A stretch of 64,000 nucleotides of DNA from an uncultured delta proteobacterium (GCA_963767925.1 CAVYGB010000008.1:3040001-3104000), one strand, 5' to 3'; shown: positions 21,311-31,922, counted from the stretch's first letter. The notes: generated by a model not told the origin, from the sequence alone. Program-made: numbers and translations.

Positions 21311-21469
21311 TGGACACCCATCGGGCCGGGGGGAGCTGCGACCCGTGCCAGGGACGATACCCCAAACCCGCGCCCCGGTGTCTCCTCGGATCGCCGCGCA
21401 CCGCTCCCCGAGGGCCAGACGGAGGATCGCACCCTCAAGGGCGCGCCGGGCTGTCCCGATGTGAGGCCC

Positions 21470-24400
21470 ATGATGCGTCCGGCGCGGATCTGGAAGAAGC
21501 TCGGTCGAGGGCTCGTGGCGATCGCACTGGTGGCTTCAGCCTGCGGCGAGGACGAGCCAGCCCTCGTGCTGCCGGAGATGCCGGTCCCCAGCGGGTTCGA
21601 GGTAAACGCCAACGCCTTCGCCTTCCCCAACTACGGCGGCGTGCGCCCCGACGGGGACCTGACCTCCTCGGAGGTCACGCGCATGTTCGGGCGCGACGGG
21701 GTCTGCGCCGACAGCGAGGCGAGCTGCCGCCTCACCCCCATCGCCCGCGAGTTCGCCACCAACGCCAACGCCTCGATGCAAGGGGGGCGCTGTGAAGGGT
21801 TCGCCGTCCTCACCGGGCTGATGTACCTCGGGAAGATCGATCCGGGCAGCTTCGGCGGGACCAGCGCGCGCGCCCTGATGCTCGAGGGCAACGCTGACCT
21901 GGCCCGGGAGATCTCCTACTGGTTCTCCACCCAGTACCTCAAGGATGTGGTCAAGACGTCCACCCGGTCGCTGAACGCAGCCGAGGCGGTCTCCTTCCTG
22001 GCCGCCGAATACGTCAAGCCCGACCACGACCTCTACCGGATCGGCATGGTCCGGGTCGACGAGGCCGGGCGCCGGGTGGGTGGACACGCCATCCTGGCGG
22101 TGGGGGTGACGCCCGGTGAGACGAAGGGCCAGTACCTGATCGAGGTCTACGACAACAACCACCCCGCGGCGAAGCGGTCGATCAAGGTCGACAGCGCGAC
22201 AAACCGCTGGGAGTACCAGGCCTCCACCAACCCGAACCAGCAGGCCAGCCTCTACGTCGGCGATCCCGCCAACAAGAACAAGCTGTTCATCAGCGGCATC
22301 CGCAACCGGGCCGGCACCCACGCCTGCCCCTTCTGCCGGACGAACGCCATGGAGGCCGAGCAGGCGCTGAGCCAGATCTTCACCTTCGGCAGCGCCGAGA
22401 CCAGCGCCACGGACGCGATGGGCCGGGTGGCCGGTGAAATGAACGGTCAGTTCGTCACCGACATCCCCGACGCGGTGGTGACCCCGGGCTTCAGCGAGGA
22501 TCTCGACCAGGACCTCCCTCCGACCATGATGTTGCTGCCGCCGGGCAAGCTCGACCTGAGCATCCGCCGGCGCCCCGGCGACGCCTCTGGCGAGCCGATC
22601 CGGGTGGCGGCGTTCCTCGGCGGCTCGGTGGTGGGCATCGAGAACGGCACCCTGGCCGAGGGGCAGACCGCCCGGATCGAGGTCTCCGCAGACCGGGAGA
22701 CGGTGAAATATTTCCCCGCGCCCGGGACCGCCGCAACGGTCTTCTCCGCGGTGGAGGGCCCCGACGGCAAGCAGACCCTCATCCGCCTGCAGGTGCCGGC
22801 CGACAAGGGGGTGGAGGTCGCCGCCATCGGCTTCGACGCCGAGACCGGCAACGCCACCCTCTCGGTGACCGGCGCGGGCGACCTCGAGCTGCCCATCGAG
22901 GTGACGAGGTCGTCCTCGGCGAGCGAGGAGAACATCGACGGCGTGGTGGCGGTACCGACCACCGGCAGCACCACCTTGCTGGTCGAGCAATGGATGGGCC
23001 AGGGCGAGAGCCTGCCGGTCGCGACCGACCGCGACGGCGACGGCACCCCCGACGAGAGCGGCGCCCTGGTGGACCGGACCCCCGCCACCCCCAACGAGTG
23101 CCTCCCGGGCGGCCCGGGACTCACCGCCTGCGGCCCCGGCTCCTGCACCGACACGCCCGCCGCCTTCTACTGCACCTGCCCGGCCGGCTTCAGCGGCTCG
23201 GGCACCCTGGCCTGCGCCGACGTCGACGAGTGCGGGACGTCGCCCTGCGGCGCCGGCACCTGCACGAACGCCGTCGGCAGCTTCACCTGCACCTGCCCCA
23301 CCGGTTACACCGGCACCGGCACGGTCGCCTGCGCCGAGGTCGACGAATGTGCGGCGGGCGGCGCCGGCGACCTCGCCTGCGGCGCCGGCACCTGCGAAAA
23401 TAGCCCCGGCAGCTACACCTGCACCTGCCCCACCGGCTACACCGGCACCGGGACCGGCGCCTGCGCCGACGTCGACGAATGTGCCGCCGGCGAGCCGGGC
23501 ACCCTCGCCTGCGGCGCCGGCACCTGCGACAACACGCCGGGGGCCTACACCTGCACCTGTCCGACCGGCTACGGCGGCACCGGCAGCGGCGAATGTTTCG
23601 ACGTCGACGAGTGCGCGCCCGGCGGGGCGGGGATCGCCGCCTGCGGACCGGGCTCCTGCGACAACAGCGCGGGCGGCTTCGCCTGCACCTGTCCGCCCGG
23701 GTTCACCGGCACCGGCACGACCGCCTGCAGCGACCTGGACGAGTGCGCGCCCGGCGGCATCGGCGCGGCGATGTGCGGCCCCGGCACGTGCGACAACCTC
23801 CCCGGCCTCTACGCCTGCACCTGCCCCGAGGGGTCGACCGGCACCGGCACGCCCGCCTGCACCCCGGACACCCCGGAGCCGCAGGGCCTCGACTGCGAGG
23901 GAATCCTGGCCGGCTCCCCCGGCGCCGACGACGCCACCTACCTCATCGATCCCGACGGCCCCGGCCCCATCGCCGCCTTCGAGGTGTTCTGCGACATGAC
24001 CGGCGGCGGCTGGACCCTGATCTTCGATCAGGACAGCAGCGTGGCCCCCGGCTACCGGACTCCCGCCGAGTGGCTGGCCGGCGTCACCGACACCTCCCCC
24101 GGCGAGGGGCAGTGGAGCGCCCTGCAGCACCTCGGCGCCCTCGGCGACTTCGGCGGCGGCTACACCTTCCGCATGACCTGGGACGACGAGGAGACCGGCA
24201 TCCAGTGGCGCCAGACCACGAACCCGCTCATCGAGCGCGGCCTGGTCGTGGACGTCACGATGTTGCCGACGGGCCAGGAGGGCGCCGGCGCCTTCGCCGG
24301 TCTCGGCCCCGACGGGACGACGGCCGCCCTCGACGGCGAGGACGGCGGCGGGGCCTCCTGGTGGGCGATCGGCACCGGGGCCGCCATCTCGGGCGGCATC

Positions 24401-25060
24401 CCGGCTTACAACGCCTCGAGCGACGGACAGCTCATCGCCTCCCGCACCCGCCTCTACGTAAAGCGCACCCCGCCCGCGCCCCGCGACTGCGGCGAGCTGC
24501 TGGCCCGGGACCCGGTCGCACCCGACGGGATCTATCTGGTCGACCTCGACGGCCCCGCCGCCATCCCGCTCACCCCGGTGGCCTGCGACATGGCCGGCGG
24601 GGGGTGGACCCTGGTCTCGGACCAGGCCGCCGCCGTGCCACCGGGCTACCGGGAGCCCGCCCTCTGGCTCGCGGGGGTCGACGACACGCCCCCCAATGGC
24701 GGGCAGTGGAGCATCCTGCAGCACCTGCGCGCGTTCACCTCGCTCACCGGGAGCTACCGGTTCCGCATGACCTGGGACGAAGCCGAGGACCGCTTCATCG
24801 AATGGGAGCAGGACAGCAACCCCCTCGACGGCCGCGGCACCGTCAGCAACATCACGATGGTCCCGGCCAACCAGGTCGGCACGGGCGCCTTCCAGGGCCT
24901 CGCCTCCGACGGCCCCGCCGCCCTCGACGGCGAGCCGGGCGCCGCCTACTCCTGGGCGGTCGGCACCCTCTCCACCTTCGGCGGCGGCATCCCCGCCTAC
25001 GACGACTCGGACACCGGCACCCTCACCGCCGCCCGCACCCGCCTCTACTTCCGCCGCTGA
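21470..25060 (+). CDS. Lipoprotein: papain-like Cys-His-Asp domain, six Ca-binding EGF-like repeats, two fibrinogen-like (CDM..GGGWT) domains
   Basis: Lipobox VASAC; GGRCEG / GGHAI / VYDNN; D[VL]DEC...CxCPxG[FY] x6; FCDMTGGGWTL and ACDMAGGGWTL. Real part of listed ORF 19130..25060. Confidence 0.85.
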   Translation: MMRPARIWKKLGRGLVAIALVASACGEDEPALVLPEMPVPSGFEVNANAFAFPNYGGVRPDGDLTSSEVTRMFGRDGVCADSEASCRLTPIAREFATNANASMQGGRCEGFAVLTGLMYLGKIDPGSFGGTSARALMLEGNADLAREISYWFSTQYLKDVVKTSTRSLNAAEAVSFLAAEYVKPDHDLYRIGMVRVDEAGRRVGGHAILAVGVTPGETKGQYLIEVYDNNHPAAKRSIKVDSATNRWEYQASTNPNQQASLYVGDPANKNKLFISGIRNRAGTHACPFCRTNAMEAEQALSQIFTFGSAETSATDAMGRVAGEMNGQFVTDIPDAVVTPGFSEDLDQDLPPTMMLLPPGKLDLSIRRRPGDASGEPIRVAAFLGGSVVGIENGTLAEGQTARIEVSADRETVKYFPAPGTAATVFSAVEGPDGKQTLIRLQVPADKGVEVAAIGFDAETGNATLSVTGAGDLELPIEVTRSSSASEENIDGVVAVPTTGSTTLLVEQWMGQGESLPVATDRDGDGTPDESGALVDRTPATPNECLPGGPGLTACGPGSCTDTPAAFYCTCPAGFSGSGTLACADVDECGTSPCGAGTCTNAVGSFTCTCPTGYTGTGTVACAEVDECAAGGAGDLACGAGTCENSPGSYTCTCPTGYTGTGTGACADVDECAAGEPGTLACGAGTCDNTPGAYTCTCPTGYGGTGSGECFDVDECAPGGAGIAACGPGSCDNSAGGFACTCPPGFTGTGTTACSDLDECAPGGIGAAMCGPGTCDNLPGLYACTCPEGSTGTGTPACTPDTPEPQGLDCEGILAGSPGADDATYLIDPDGPGPIAAFEVFCDMTGGGWTLIFDQDSSVAPGYRTPAEWLAGVTDTSPGEGQWSALQHLGALGDFGGGYTFRMTWDDEETGIQWRQTTNPLIERGLVVDVTMLPTGQEGAGAFAGLGPDGTTAALDGEDGGGASWWAIGTGAAISGGIPAYNASSDGQLIASRTRLYVKRTPPAPRDCGELLARDPVAPDGIYLVDLDGPAAIPLTPVACDMAGGGWTLVSDQAAAVPPGYREPALWLAGVDDTPPNGGQWSILQHLRAFTSLTGSYRFRMTWDEAEDRFIEWEQDSNPLDGRGTVSNITMVPANQVGTGAFQGLASDGPAALDGEPGAAYSWAVGTLSTFGGGIPAYDDSDTGTLTAARTRLYFRR

Positions 25061-25116
25061 CGACCCTCCGATGGATCGGGTCCTGGTCGCACGGGCGGCC
25101 TACTATCGACGCAGGG

Positions 25117-26886
25117 ATGTTCGGCGCGGGTGAGGGGGGGCAGGCGGGGCGGGTCGGCGCCGCCGTCGGGGCGCCGCTGCTGGCCCTGTATCTGATTACC
25201 GCCAGCCGGACCGTGCAAGGGGGCGACACCGGAGAGTTCGTCCTGCTCGGGCTGTCGGGCGGGGTGGCGCACCCTCCTGGCTACCCGCTGTACGTCCTGC
25301 TCTCCCGGCTGTTCGCGCTGCTCCCGTTCGAGCCACCGCCCTTCCGGGCGGCGCTGCTGTCGGCCCTGGCGGGCGCGGGGACCGCGGTCGTGCTGGCGTT
25401 GCTGGTGCGCCGGCTGACCCGCGAGCCGCTCGCCGCGGTGGTGGCGGGCCTGGCCTTCGGGCTGGCGCCGGTGACCTGGAAGCTGGCCGGCGTCCCGGAG
25501 GTGTTCACCCTCAACGCCCTCCTGGTGGCGCTCGTCGCCTGGGTGGTGGTGCGGCTGCGCGACCTGCTGGAAGCCGGGATCGCCACGCCTCGGGCCGCCC
25601 GCGTCCACATCGGCGCCGCGGCCCTGCTGGCCGGCCTCGGCCTGGCCAACCACCACACCGTGGCACTCGCCGCGCCCCTCGGAGTCTGGGCGGTGGCGCT
25701 CGTCGCCCGCCACCTGGGCGGGCGGGCCGCCCTGCCAGCCGTCGCCACCGGCGCCGTCGGGCTGCTGCTCGGTCTGCTGCCCTACCTGTACCTGCCGATC
25801 GCGGCGCGCGGCGCCCCGCCCGCCGACTGGATCTGGGGCGATCCCGGCACGGCGGCCGGTCTGGTGCGCCACCTGCTGCGCCAGGAGTACGGCACCTTCT
25901 CCCTGGGGCTGAATCAGACCGCGGCGCGGCCCCTCGCCAACCTCGCCGCCTTCTGGGGAGCCCTGCCCCGCGCGCTGCTGGTCCTGTACTTCGCCGCCGG
26001 GATCTGGGGCCTGCTGGAGGCGGCCCGGCGGCAGCGGGGACTGGCGCTCGCCCTGGGCGGCAGCTTGCTGCTGGCAGGTGGACTCTTCCTGGCGGTCTTC
26101 AACTTGCCCGCCGATGCCCTCGCCGCGAGCGTGGCAGAACGCTTCCATCTGCTGCCCCTCCTGCTCTTCTGCGTCTTCGTGGGACTCGGGGTGGCTGCCG
26201 CCCGCCGCTTCCTGACCTTCAAGCTGAGCCCCGTCGTCCTCGTCGCCCCCCTGCCGTTCATGGTGCTGCAGGGGATCGCCCACGCCGACTGGCGCGGCGA
26301 AGCGACCGTCGAGCGCTACCTGCGCACCGCCCTCCACCACGTCGCTCCGCGGGCGGTGATCCTGGGCGTGGGCGACGCGGAGCTGTTCGGGTTCGCCCTG
26401 CTGCTCGGGCCATACCGGATCCGCCCGGACGTGCGCTACCTGGACGTCCACCTGCTGCGCAAACCTTGGTACCACCGCCGGGCCCGCGCCCTGACGCCGG
26501 AGTTTCGGCATCACCCCTTCGATCCCGAGCGGACCGCCGTTGTCGCCCTGGCCGCGACCCTTGCCGACCAGGTGCCCACCTACCTCACGCCCCAGCTCGC
26601 CGGCCTCGTCCGCCGCATCCCCGTCTACCCCGAAGGCCTCCTGCTCCGCGTCCGCCCCACCGGCCAGCCCATCCCTGCCCCCGAGCGCCTCGAGCCGTCC
26701 CTCGAGCGCGCCCTCGGCGACCTGCAGCCGCTCCCCGCCGAGTCCCGCGACCCCTGGGCCCGCGACCTGCGCAACCGCAGCGCCGAGCTCTGGGCCATGC
26801 TCGCCCGGGCCTACCAGATCGCCGGCCGCCCCCAGGACGCCACCCGCTGCCACCAGCGCGCCACCCTCCTCCTCGGCGACCCCTGA
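25117..26886 (+). CDS. DUF2723 / TMEM260-like GT-C membrane glycosyltransferase
   Basis: GDTGEF...GVAHPPGYPLY, EVFTL, GLANHHT, YLYLP...WGDP and many TM segments. Start approximate. Confidence 0.85.
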   Translation: MFGAGEGGQAGRVGAAVGAPLLALYLITASRTVQGGDTGEFVLLGLSGGVAHPPGYPLYVLLSRLFALLPFEPPPFRAALLSALAGAGTAVVLALLVRRLTREPLAAVVAGLAFGLAPVTWKLAGVPEVFTLNALLVALVAWVVVRLRDLLEAGIATPRAARVHIGAAALLAGLGLANHHTVALAAPLGVWAVALVARHLGGRAALPAVATGAVGLLLGLLPYLYLPIAARGAPPADWIWGDPGTAAGLVRHLLRQEYGTFSLGLNQTAARPLANLAAFWGALPRALLVLYFAAGIWGLLEAARRQRGLALALGGSLLLAGGLFLAVFNLPADALAASVAERFHLLPLLLFCVFVGLGVAAARRFLTFKLSPVVLVAPLPFMVLQGIAHADWRGEATVERYLRTALHHVAPRAVILGVGDAELFGFALLLGPYRIRPDVRYLDVHLLRKPWYHRRARALTPEFRHHPFDPERTAVVALAATLADQVPTYLTPQLAGLVRRIPVYPEGLLLRVRPTGQPIPAPERLEPSLERALGDLQPLPAESRDPWARDLRNRSAELWAMLARAYQIAGRPQDATRCHQRATLLLGDP

Positions 26887-26952
26887 TTCGCAAGCGCAGC
26901 CCTCCTGCCGGGCGGGCAGGCGAAGAGGTGCCGCGACCGTGGCCCCGGCCGT

Positions 26953-27100
<148 letters not shown>

Positions 27101-27102
27101 GA

Positions 27103-28011
27103 TCACGGGGTGTCGAGCGCGATCGCTGCGCGCAGCGCTTGCTCGAACTCCGCCACGCTCTGGTAACGCGCGGCGGGGATCTTGGCCAGCCCCCGCGCGA
27201 GCACGGCGGACACGGCGGCCGCCGGCCAGGGGACCAGGCTCGAGAGCGGCGGTGGATCCGCGTTGACGATCTCCATCATCAGCGTTGCCGGATCCGCGCC
27301 CGCGAACGCCGTGCGTCCTGCCATCAGCTCGAAGGCTATCGCCGCCAGGGCGAACTGGTCGGCCCGGTCATCGATGGCCCGGCCGAGGATCTGCTCCGGG
27401 GACATGTACCCGGGGGTGCCCAGAATCTGATCGGGCTTCGTCACCGGAGGACCACGGTGGAACATGAGCTTCATGAGGCCGAAGTCGACGACCTTGACGA
27501 AATCCCGGTCGTTCGCCACCTCGATGAGCATGATGTTCTCCGGCTTCAGGTCCCGGTGGACGACCCCGGCCGCATGCGCGGTCTGGAGGGCGCCGGCGAC
27601 CTGCCGGACCAGGCGGCCAACGCGCTCGATGGGCATCGGTCCCCCGGCGGCGGCCGCGTGGAGGTCGACGCCGTCGAGGTACTCCATGACGAAGTAGGGC
27701 ACCCCGCCCGGACTGACGTCGAAGTCCACGACCTGGACGATGTTGGGGTGCCTGAGCTGCGCGGTAACCTCCGCCTCCGAACGGAACCGGGCCAGGAACT
27801 CGGCGTCGTGCGCCCGATCGCCCTGCAGCGCCTTGACCGCGAACAGCCCGGGCAGGCGCTGGTGGGATGCCGCAAACACGCAGCCGACGCCGCCGCTCCT
27901 CAGGTGCCGCACCACCCGATAGGTATCGCGCAGCAAGACGCCCGGGCGGATGTCTCCGACGGCCACGACCCGTTCAACCGAAGGGTCGCTGTCGGGCGCA
28001 TTCCGGATCAT
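27103..28011 (-). CDS. Hanks-type Ser/Thr protein kinase (kinase domain only)
   Basis: SGGVGCV, AVK, HRDLKPEN, DFG, GTPGYMSPEQ. Confidence 0.93.
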   Translation of the reverse strand: MIRNAPDSDPSVERVVAVGDIRPGVLLRDTYRVVRHLRSGGVGCVFAASHQRLPGLFAVKALQGDRAHDAEFLARFRSEAEVTAQLRHPNIVQVVDFDVSPGGVPYFVMEYLDGVDLHAAAAGGPMPIERVGRLVRQVAGALQTAHAAGVVHRDLKPENIMLIEVANDRDFVKVVDFGLMKLMFHRGPPVTKPDQILGTPGYMSPEQILGRAIDDRADQFALAAIAFELMAGRTAFAGADPATLMMEIVNADPPPLSSLVPWPAAAVSAVLARGLAKIPAARYQSVAEFEQALRAAIALDTP

Positions 28012-28059
28012 GGGCCGGCGCCGAGGTTAGCACAGCCGTCCGCCCCGCCCTCGCCCTCA

Positions 28060-28105
28060 CCTGCAAATTGCAGGGTCGGCGTTCCCGGTGACTGCAATTT
28101 GCAGG
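28060..28105. promoter_or_regulatory. Twin palindromic sites CTGCAAWTTGCAG, candidate operators
   Basis: CTGCAAATTGCAG at 28061 and CTGCAATTTGCAG at 28092, between divergent genes. Confidence 0.55.
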
Positions 28106-28300
28106 GCGCCAGCCAGGGTGCGCGCGCTTTGGCAGCGGCCCTGGGCGATTGGTCTTCCGCTGCGGTCTCGACCCGCGGAAAGTAGCCCCGGTGACCACAC
28201 TCCACTCGCCGCCGGCCCGGCGGTCGGTGCCGAACCGAACCGATACCCGGTGACTTCGACCACCACCCCGCAGGCCGGGACCCGCCGCACCTCCTCCAGC

Positions 28301-30148
28301 ATGCGCGCGATCCCGGACAAGCTGTTCGATCGCCACCGCGCCTCGGGCCGGCTGGGCCCGCTCCTGGCCTGGGCAGTGGTGTTCGCCGACATCGGCACGT
28401 CGATCTACTACGTGCCCGGAATTCTCTTCGTCGAGCTGGGCGGGACCTCACCTTCGCCGGCGGCCCCCCTGATGCTGGCGACGGGGCTGGCCTTCATCCT
28501 CCTGGCGCTCAAATACGTGGAGGTCGCCGCGCGCTACCCGGACGGGGGAGGCGTGGTCTCGGTGGCGGGAGACGCCTTCGGGGACCTGGTCGGCTGCCTG
28601 GGCGGGATCCTCATAAGCGTCGACTACTTCCTCACCGGCGCGATCTCCTCCGTGTCCGGGTTCCAGTACCTGGCGGCAGCCATCCCCGCGCTGGGCCCCT
28701 GGCTGGTCCCCTGCGCCTGTGTAGCGATGATCCTGCTGGGGGCCCTCAACATCGTCGGGATCCGCGAGTCGGCCTTGCTGACCGCCGGGCTGGCCATCGC
28801 CTCGCTGCTGGTGAACCTGGTGGTGCTCACCGTGGTCGCGGTCCAGCTCGACGCGGAGTCGTGGCGCCTGGTGGCCGCGCAGTTCACCTCGGTGCGGAAC
28901 CTGCACGCGGGGCCGCTCGTCATCGGCTTTGCCTCGTCCTGGCTGGCCTTCTCGGGCCTCGAGTCGATCAGCCAGATCGCGCCGGCCTTGCGCGAGCCGC
29001 GGGAGCAGACCGCACTTCGGGCCATGCTCCTCGTTGTGGCCTGCATCCTCATCACGTCGCCCCTCATGACGGCCTTCGAGACGGCGCTGCTGCAGGTGCA
29101 TCGCGTGAACCCGGAGCAGTTCGTGTTCGCCCTCGGGGCGCAGTTCGGACCGCGGGCCCTGCAGATCGCCATCGTGCTGACCGCCTCGACCCTGCTCATG
29201 GGGGCGGCGAATACCGCGATCATCGGCTGTTACCACGTGTTCCTGGCGCTCGTGCGCCTCGGGTTCTTGCCGCCCTGGATGGCCGAGCGCAGCCGCCGCT
29301 TCAGCACCCCCCACCGGGCCATCCTCATCTCGGTGCTCGTGCCGGTGGCGGTCATCATCGCCAGCCAGGGCCAGACCCTCCTGCTCGGGCATCTCTACGC
29401 CTTCGGGTTGCTGGGAGCGTTCTCGCTGACCTCGGTGGGGCTGGATCGCATCCGCTGGCAGGAGCGAAAATGGTCGGTCTCCTTCTTCGCCGGCCTCCTG
29501 ACCTCCGTGCTGGTGGTTGGCGCCTGGTGCATCAACCTGGTTCACAAGACGTCGGCGACGATCTTCGGTGGCTCGCTCACCGTGATCGGGCTGGCGGTCG
29601 CTTTGGCTGTTCGCCGGGGATACCTGGGCGGGGCCAACAAAGGGTACCTGACGCCTGAAGCGGCAGAACGCGCGGCCGCCCAACTGCCGGGCGCCATCGA
29701 GATCCTCACCATCGAGGAGGCGCTCGACATGAGAGCGGTCTACCGCTCGGGCACCCTGGTGTCCATGCGGGCGCCGAACCTACGCCTGTTCCAGGAGGCC
29801 ATCGCCCGCGTGCGCGGCTCGGGCGAGCAGACCGTCTACCTCATCTTCGTCGACGAGATCCCGGGGCTGTTCTTTCCGCCCAAGGTCGGCCCCTCGCGGG
29901 AGGCCCAGGAGGTGCTCGCCACCGGCGTGGAGTTCTTTCGCCAGGCAGACATCGTGGCGGTGCCCGTCTGGCGCATGGCCCACGACGCCGGGGCCTCCAT
30001 CGCCAGCGCGGCCCGGCGGCTTGGAGTCGGCGCCGTCCTGGTGGGCACCTCCCAGCGGAGCGCCGTCTGGCACCTGCTGCGCGGCAACGTCTTGAAGTCC
30101 CTGATCGCCGACCTCCCCAATGAGATCCAGGTCTGGATCGTCAACTAG
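28301..30148 (+). CDS. APC-superfamily permease with C-terminal universal-stress-protein domain
   Basis: ADIGTSIYYVPG, RYPDGGG, AFSGLESISQ, about 12 TM segments, USP-like tail (VLVGTSQRSAVWHLLRGNV). Start approximate. Confidence 0.85.
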   Translation: MRAIPDKLFDRHRASGRLGPLLAWAVVFADIGTSIYYVPGILFVELGGTSPSPAAPLMLATGLAFILLALKYVEVAARYPDGGGVVSVAGDAFGDLVGCLGGILISVDYFLTGAISSVSGFQYLAAAIPALGPWLVPCACVAMILLGALNIVGIRESALLTAGLAIASLLVNLVVLTVVAVQLDAESWRLVAAQFTSVRNLHAGPLVIGFASSWLAFSGLESISQIAPALREPREQTALRAMLLVVACILITSPLMTAFETALLQVHRVNPEQFVFALGAQFGPRALQIAIVLTASTLLMGAANTAIIGCYHVFLALVRLGFLPPWMAERSRRFSTPHRAILISVLVPVAVIIASQGQTLLLGHLYAFGLLGAFSLTSVGLDRIRWQERKWSVSFFAGLLTSVLVVGAWCINLVHKTSATIFGGSLTVIGLAVALAVRRGYLGGANKGYLTPEAAERAAAQLPGAIEILTIEEALDMRAVYRSGTLVSMRAPNLRLFQEAIARVRGSGEQTVYLIFVDEIPGLFFPPKVGPSREAQEVLATGVEFFRQADIVAVPVWRMAHDAGASIASAARRLGVGAVLVGTSQRSAVWHLLRGNVLKSLIADLPNEIQVWIVN

Positions 30149-30211
30149 GAGCGCCGATGCGCTCGGCGAGGTCGATCTCCAGCTAGGCGGCTTCGACCGC
30201 GAGGCCTGGCC

Positions 30212-31101
30212 TCACTTCGACGGAGCGGGCTGGGCCGGCGCCGGGGAGGTTCCTGCCGGCTCGGCCGGAAGGAATCCCGCCGCCGCCAGCCGGCGCTGCC
30301 CCTCGCTCCCCCGCACCAGGTCCAGCCAGGCCCGCGCCAGCTCTGGCGCGGGAGCCGACTTGACGGCTGCGATGGGGTATTCCGCGGTGACGTTCAGATC
30401 CGGCGGGATCGCGATGACCTCGACCTTGCCCTTGCCCTTGCCCTGCTGCCCTTGCCCTTGCCGGCCTGGGCGTCGGTTCGATAGACGATGCCCGCGTCCG
30501 CCTCACCGAGCGTGACCTTGGCCAGCACCTGGCGCACGTTGAGCTCCCGCGAGACGACGCTCGCCTCCAGCTTGGCGCGCAGGTCGGCGCCGTGCTTGTG
30601 CCCCGCCGCTTCGAAGATCTTGACCGTGTAGCTGCCGATGGGCACCTCGGGCGCGCCGACAACGAGACGTTTGGCCCGGGGCAGGTCGATGAGGGCGCGG
30701 ATGCCCGCCGGATTGCCGCTGGGAACCACGATCACGGGCTCGTTGCGGGCAAAGACCAGAGGCTTCTCCACCAACCCCTGCTTCTCCAGGCTGTCCATGT
30801 GCTTGAGGTCGGCCGAAGCAAACACATCGGCCCGGGCCCCCTGCTCGATCTGGGTGCGCAGCTCCTGACTGCCCGCCAGGTTGAGGCGGACCCTGGCTCC
30901 CGGTCGAGCCTTCTCGAAGTCGGCCGCCAGCGCCTCGAAGACCTCGCGCAGGGAGGCGGCCGCGAACACGACGAGCTCCTGGCTGGGTCTGGGCGCGGGC
31001 GGCCCGGGCTGGCCCAGAACGGCGACCGGCCGACCGACGGCCAGCAAACACATGACGATCAGACCCAGGCGCAGGGCGCTGTGAAACCGAGGACTCCCCA
31101 C
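30212..31101 (-). CDS. modA: Molybdate ABC transporter substrate-binding protein, frameshifted inside a hexamer repeat
   Basis: VFAAASL, AGSQEL, GARADVFASAD, VPIGSY, GEADAGIVYRTDA; continues in another frame as KVEVIAIPPDLNVTAEYPIAAV...AGF to TGA at 30212. No modBC nearby. Confidence 0.85.
30425..30462. repeat. (CTTGCC)3-CTGCTGCC-(CTTGCC)2 repeat inside modA
   Basis: Read directly. The 8-bp unit shifts the frame. Confidence 0.9.
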
Positions 31102-31352
31102 CGAGCCACGTTTGCCATGTCGCCCGTCCGTGAGTCAAGGCATTGCTACCTGTAGCAAGACTTCTTTACGTAGTCCGAGAGCAGCTACGAAAGGCTCTCA
31201 AGAGACCGCGGCAACCAGGACATCCTGGCTGTCACCCGTCAATTTAACCTTACGTGTCCACCCGCCGTCTTCCGCGCGCCGGGGAACGAGCGCGCCTACT
31301 ACGCCGCCCACCCAAAAATCCGGCTCCCCCGCCGACACCCGACGACCGGGCG

Positions 31353-31739
31353 TCACCTTTCGCCGAGCCAGGCTGGATGCGACTGGCCAGCCAGGGTCGG
31401 GCGACGGCCTTCGGGTTTTGGCCGGCCGACCTGGAGCAGGTCGCTCACCTGATCCACCCCCGGCGTATCGAGCGCGATCTCCACCAGCCGCGCTCGGAGG
31501 TTCTCGGCCGGGACCACTCCCCGGAGGATCACAAGCCCGTGGCGGTCGGCTTCAACTTCGATCGGTAGCCCTCTCAGGCGACGGTCCCCGGAGATTTCGA
31601 GGCGGATTCTGACCACGACCAGGATATCCACCTCTTCTGGCGCTGGCCGGTCGGCGGCCTCCCGACCCGAAACGGGAGCCGCAACCAGGAGAACCGCGGC
31701 GGCGTACACCACCGGCAACCTCGCGATCAGCTCTGTCAC
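31353..31739 (-). CDS. BON-domain protein
   Basis: GGAGGG RBS before GTG, signal peptide, IEVEADRHGLVILRGVV...TPGVDQVSDLLQV. Confidence 0.75.
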   Translation of the reverse strand: MTELIARLPVVYAAAVLLVAAPVSGREAADRPAPEEVDILVVVRIRLEISGDRRLRGLPIEVEADRHGLVILRGVVPAENLRARLVEIALDTPGVDQVSDLLQVGRPKPEGRRPTLAGQSHPAWLGER

Positions 31740-31922
31740 GATCCCTCCACCCTCGAACCTCGGCCCGGAACTGGAAATGCTTCGAAGCATGCGAGGGCCT
31801 CCCCATCCATCACACGAATATGGGGATCCTCGCGCGGGCCGGGTCGCCTTTTAGCGCGGTATCACGGCAACCGACGGCGCCAGCGTCGGGCCCCATGGCG
31901 ACCCGACGCTGCGCCGGCCGGT

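Noticed and set aside
23090..23865. ~125-bp nucleotide repeats
   Set aside because: Explained by the six EGF-like protein repeats.
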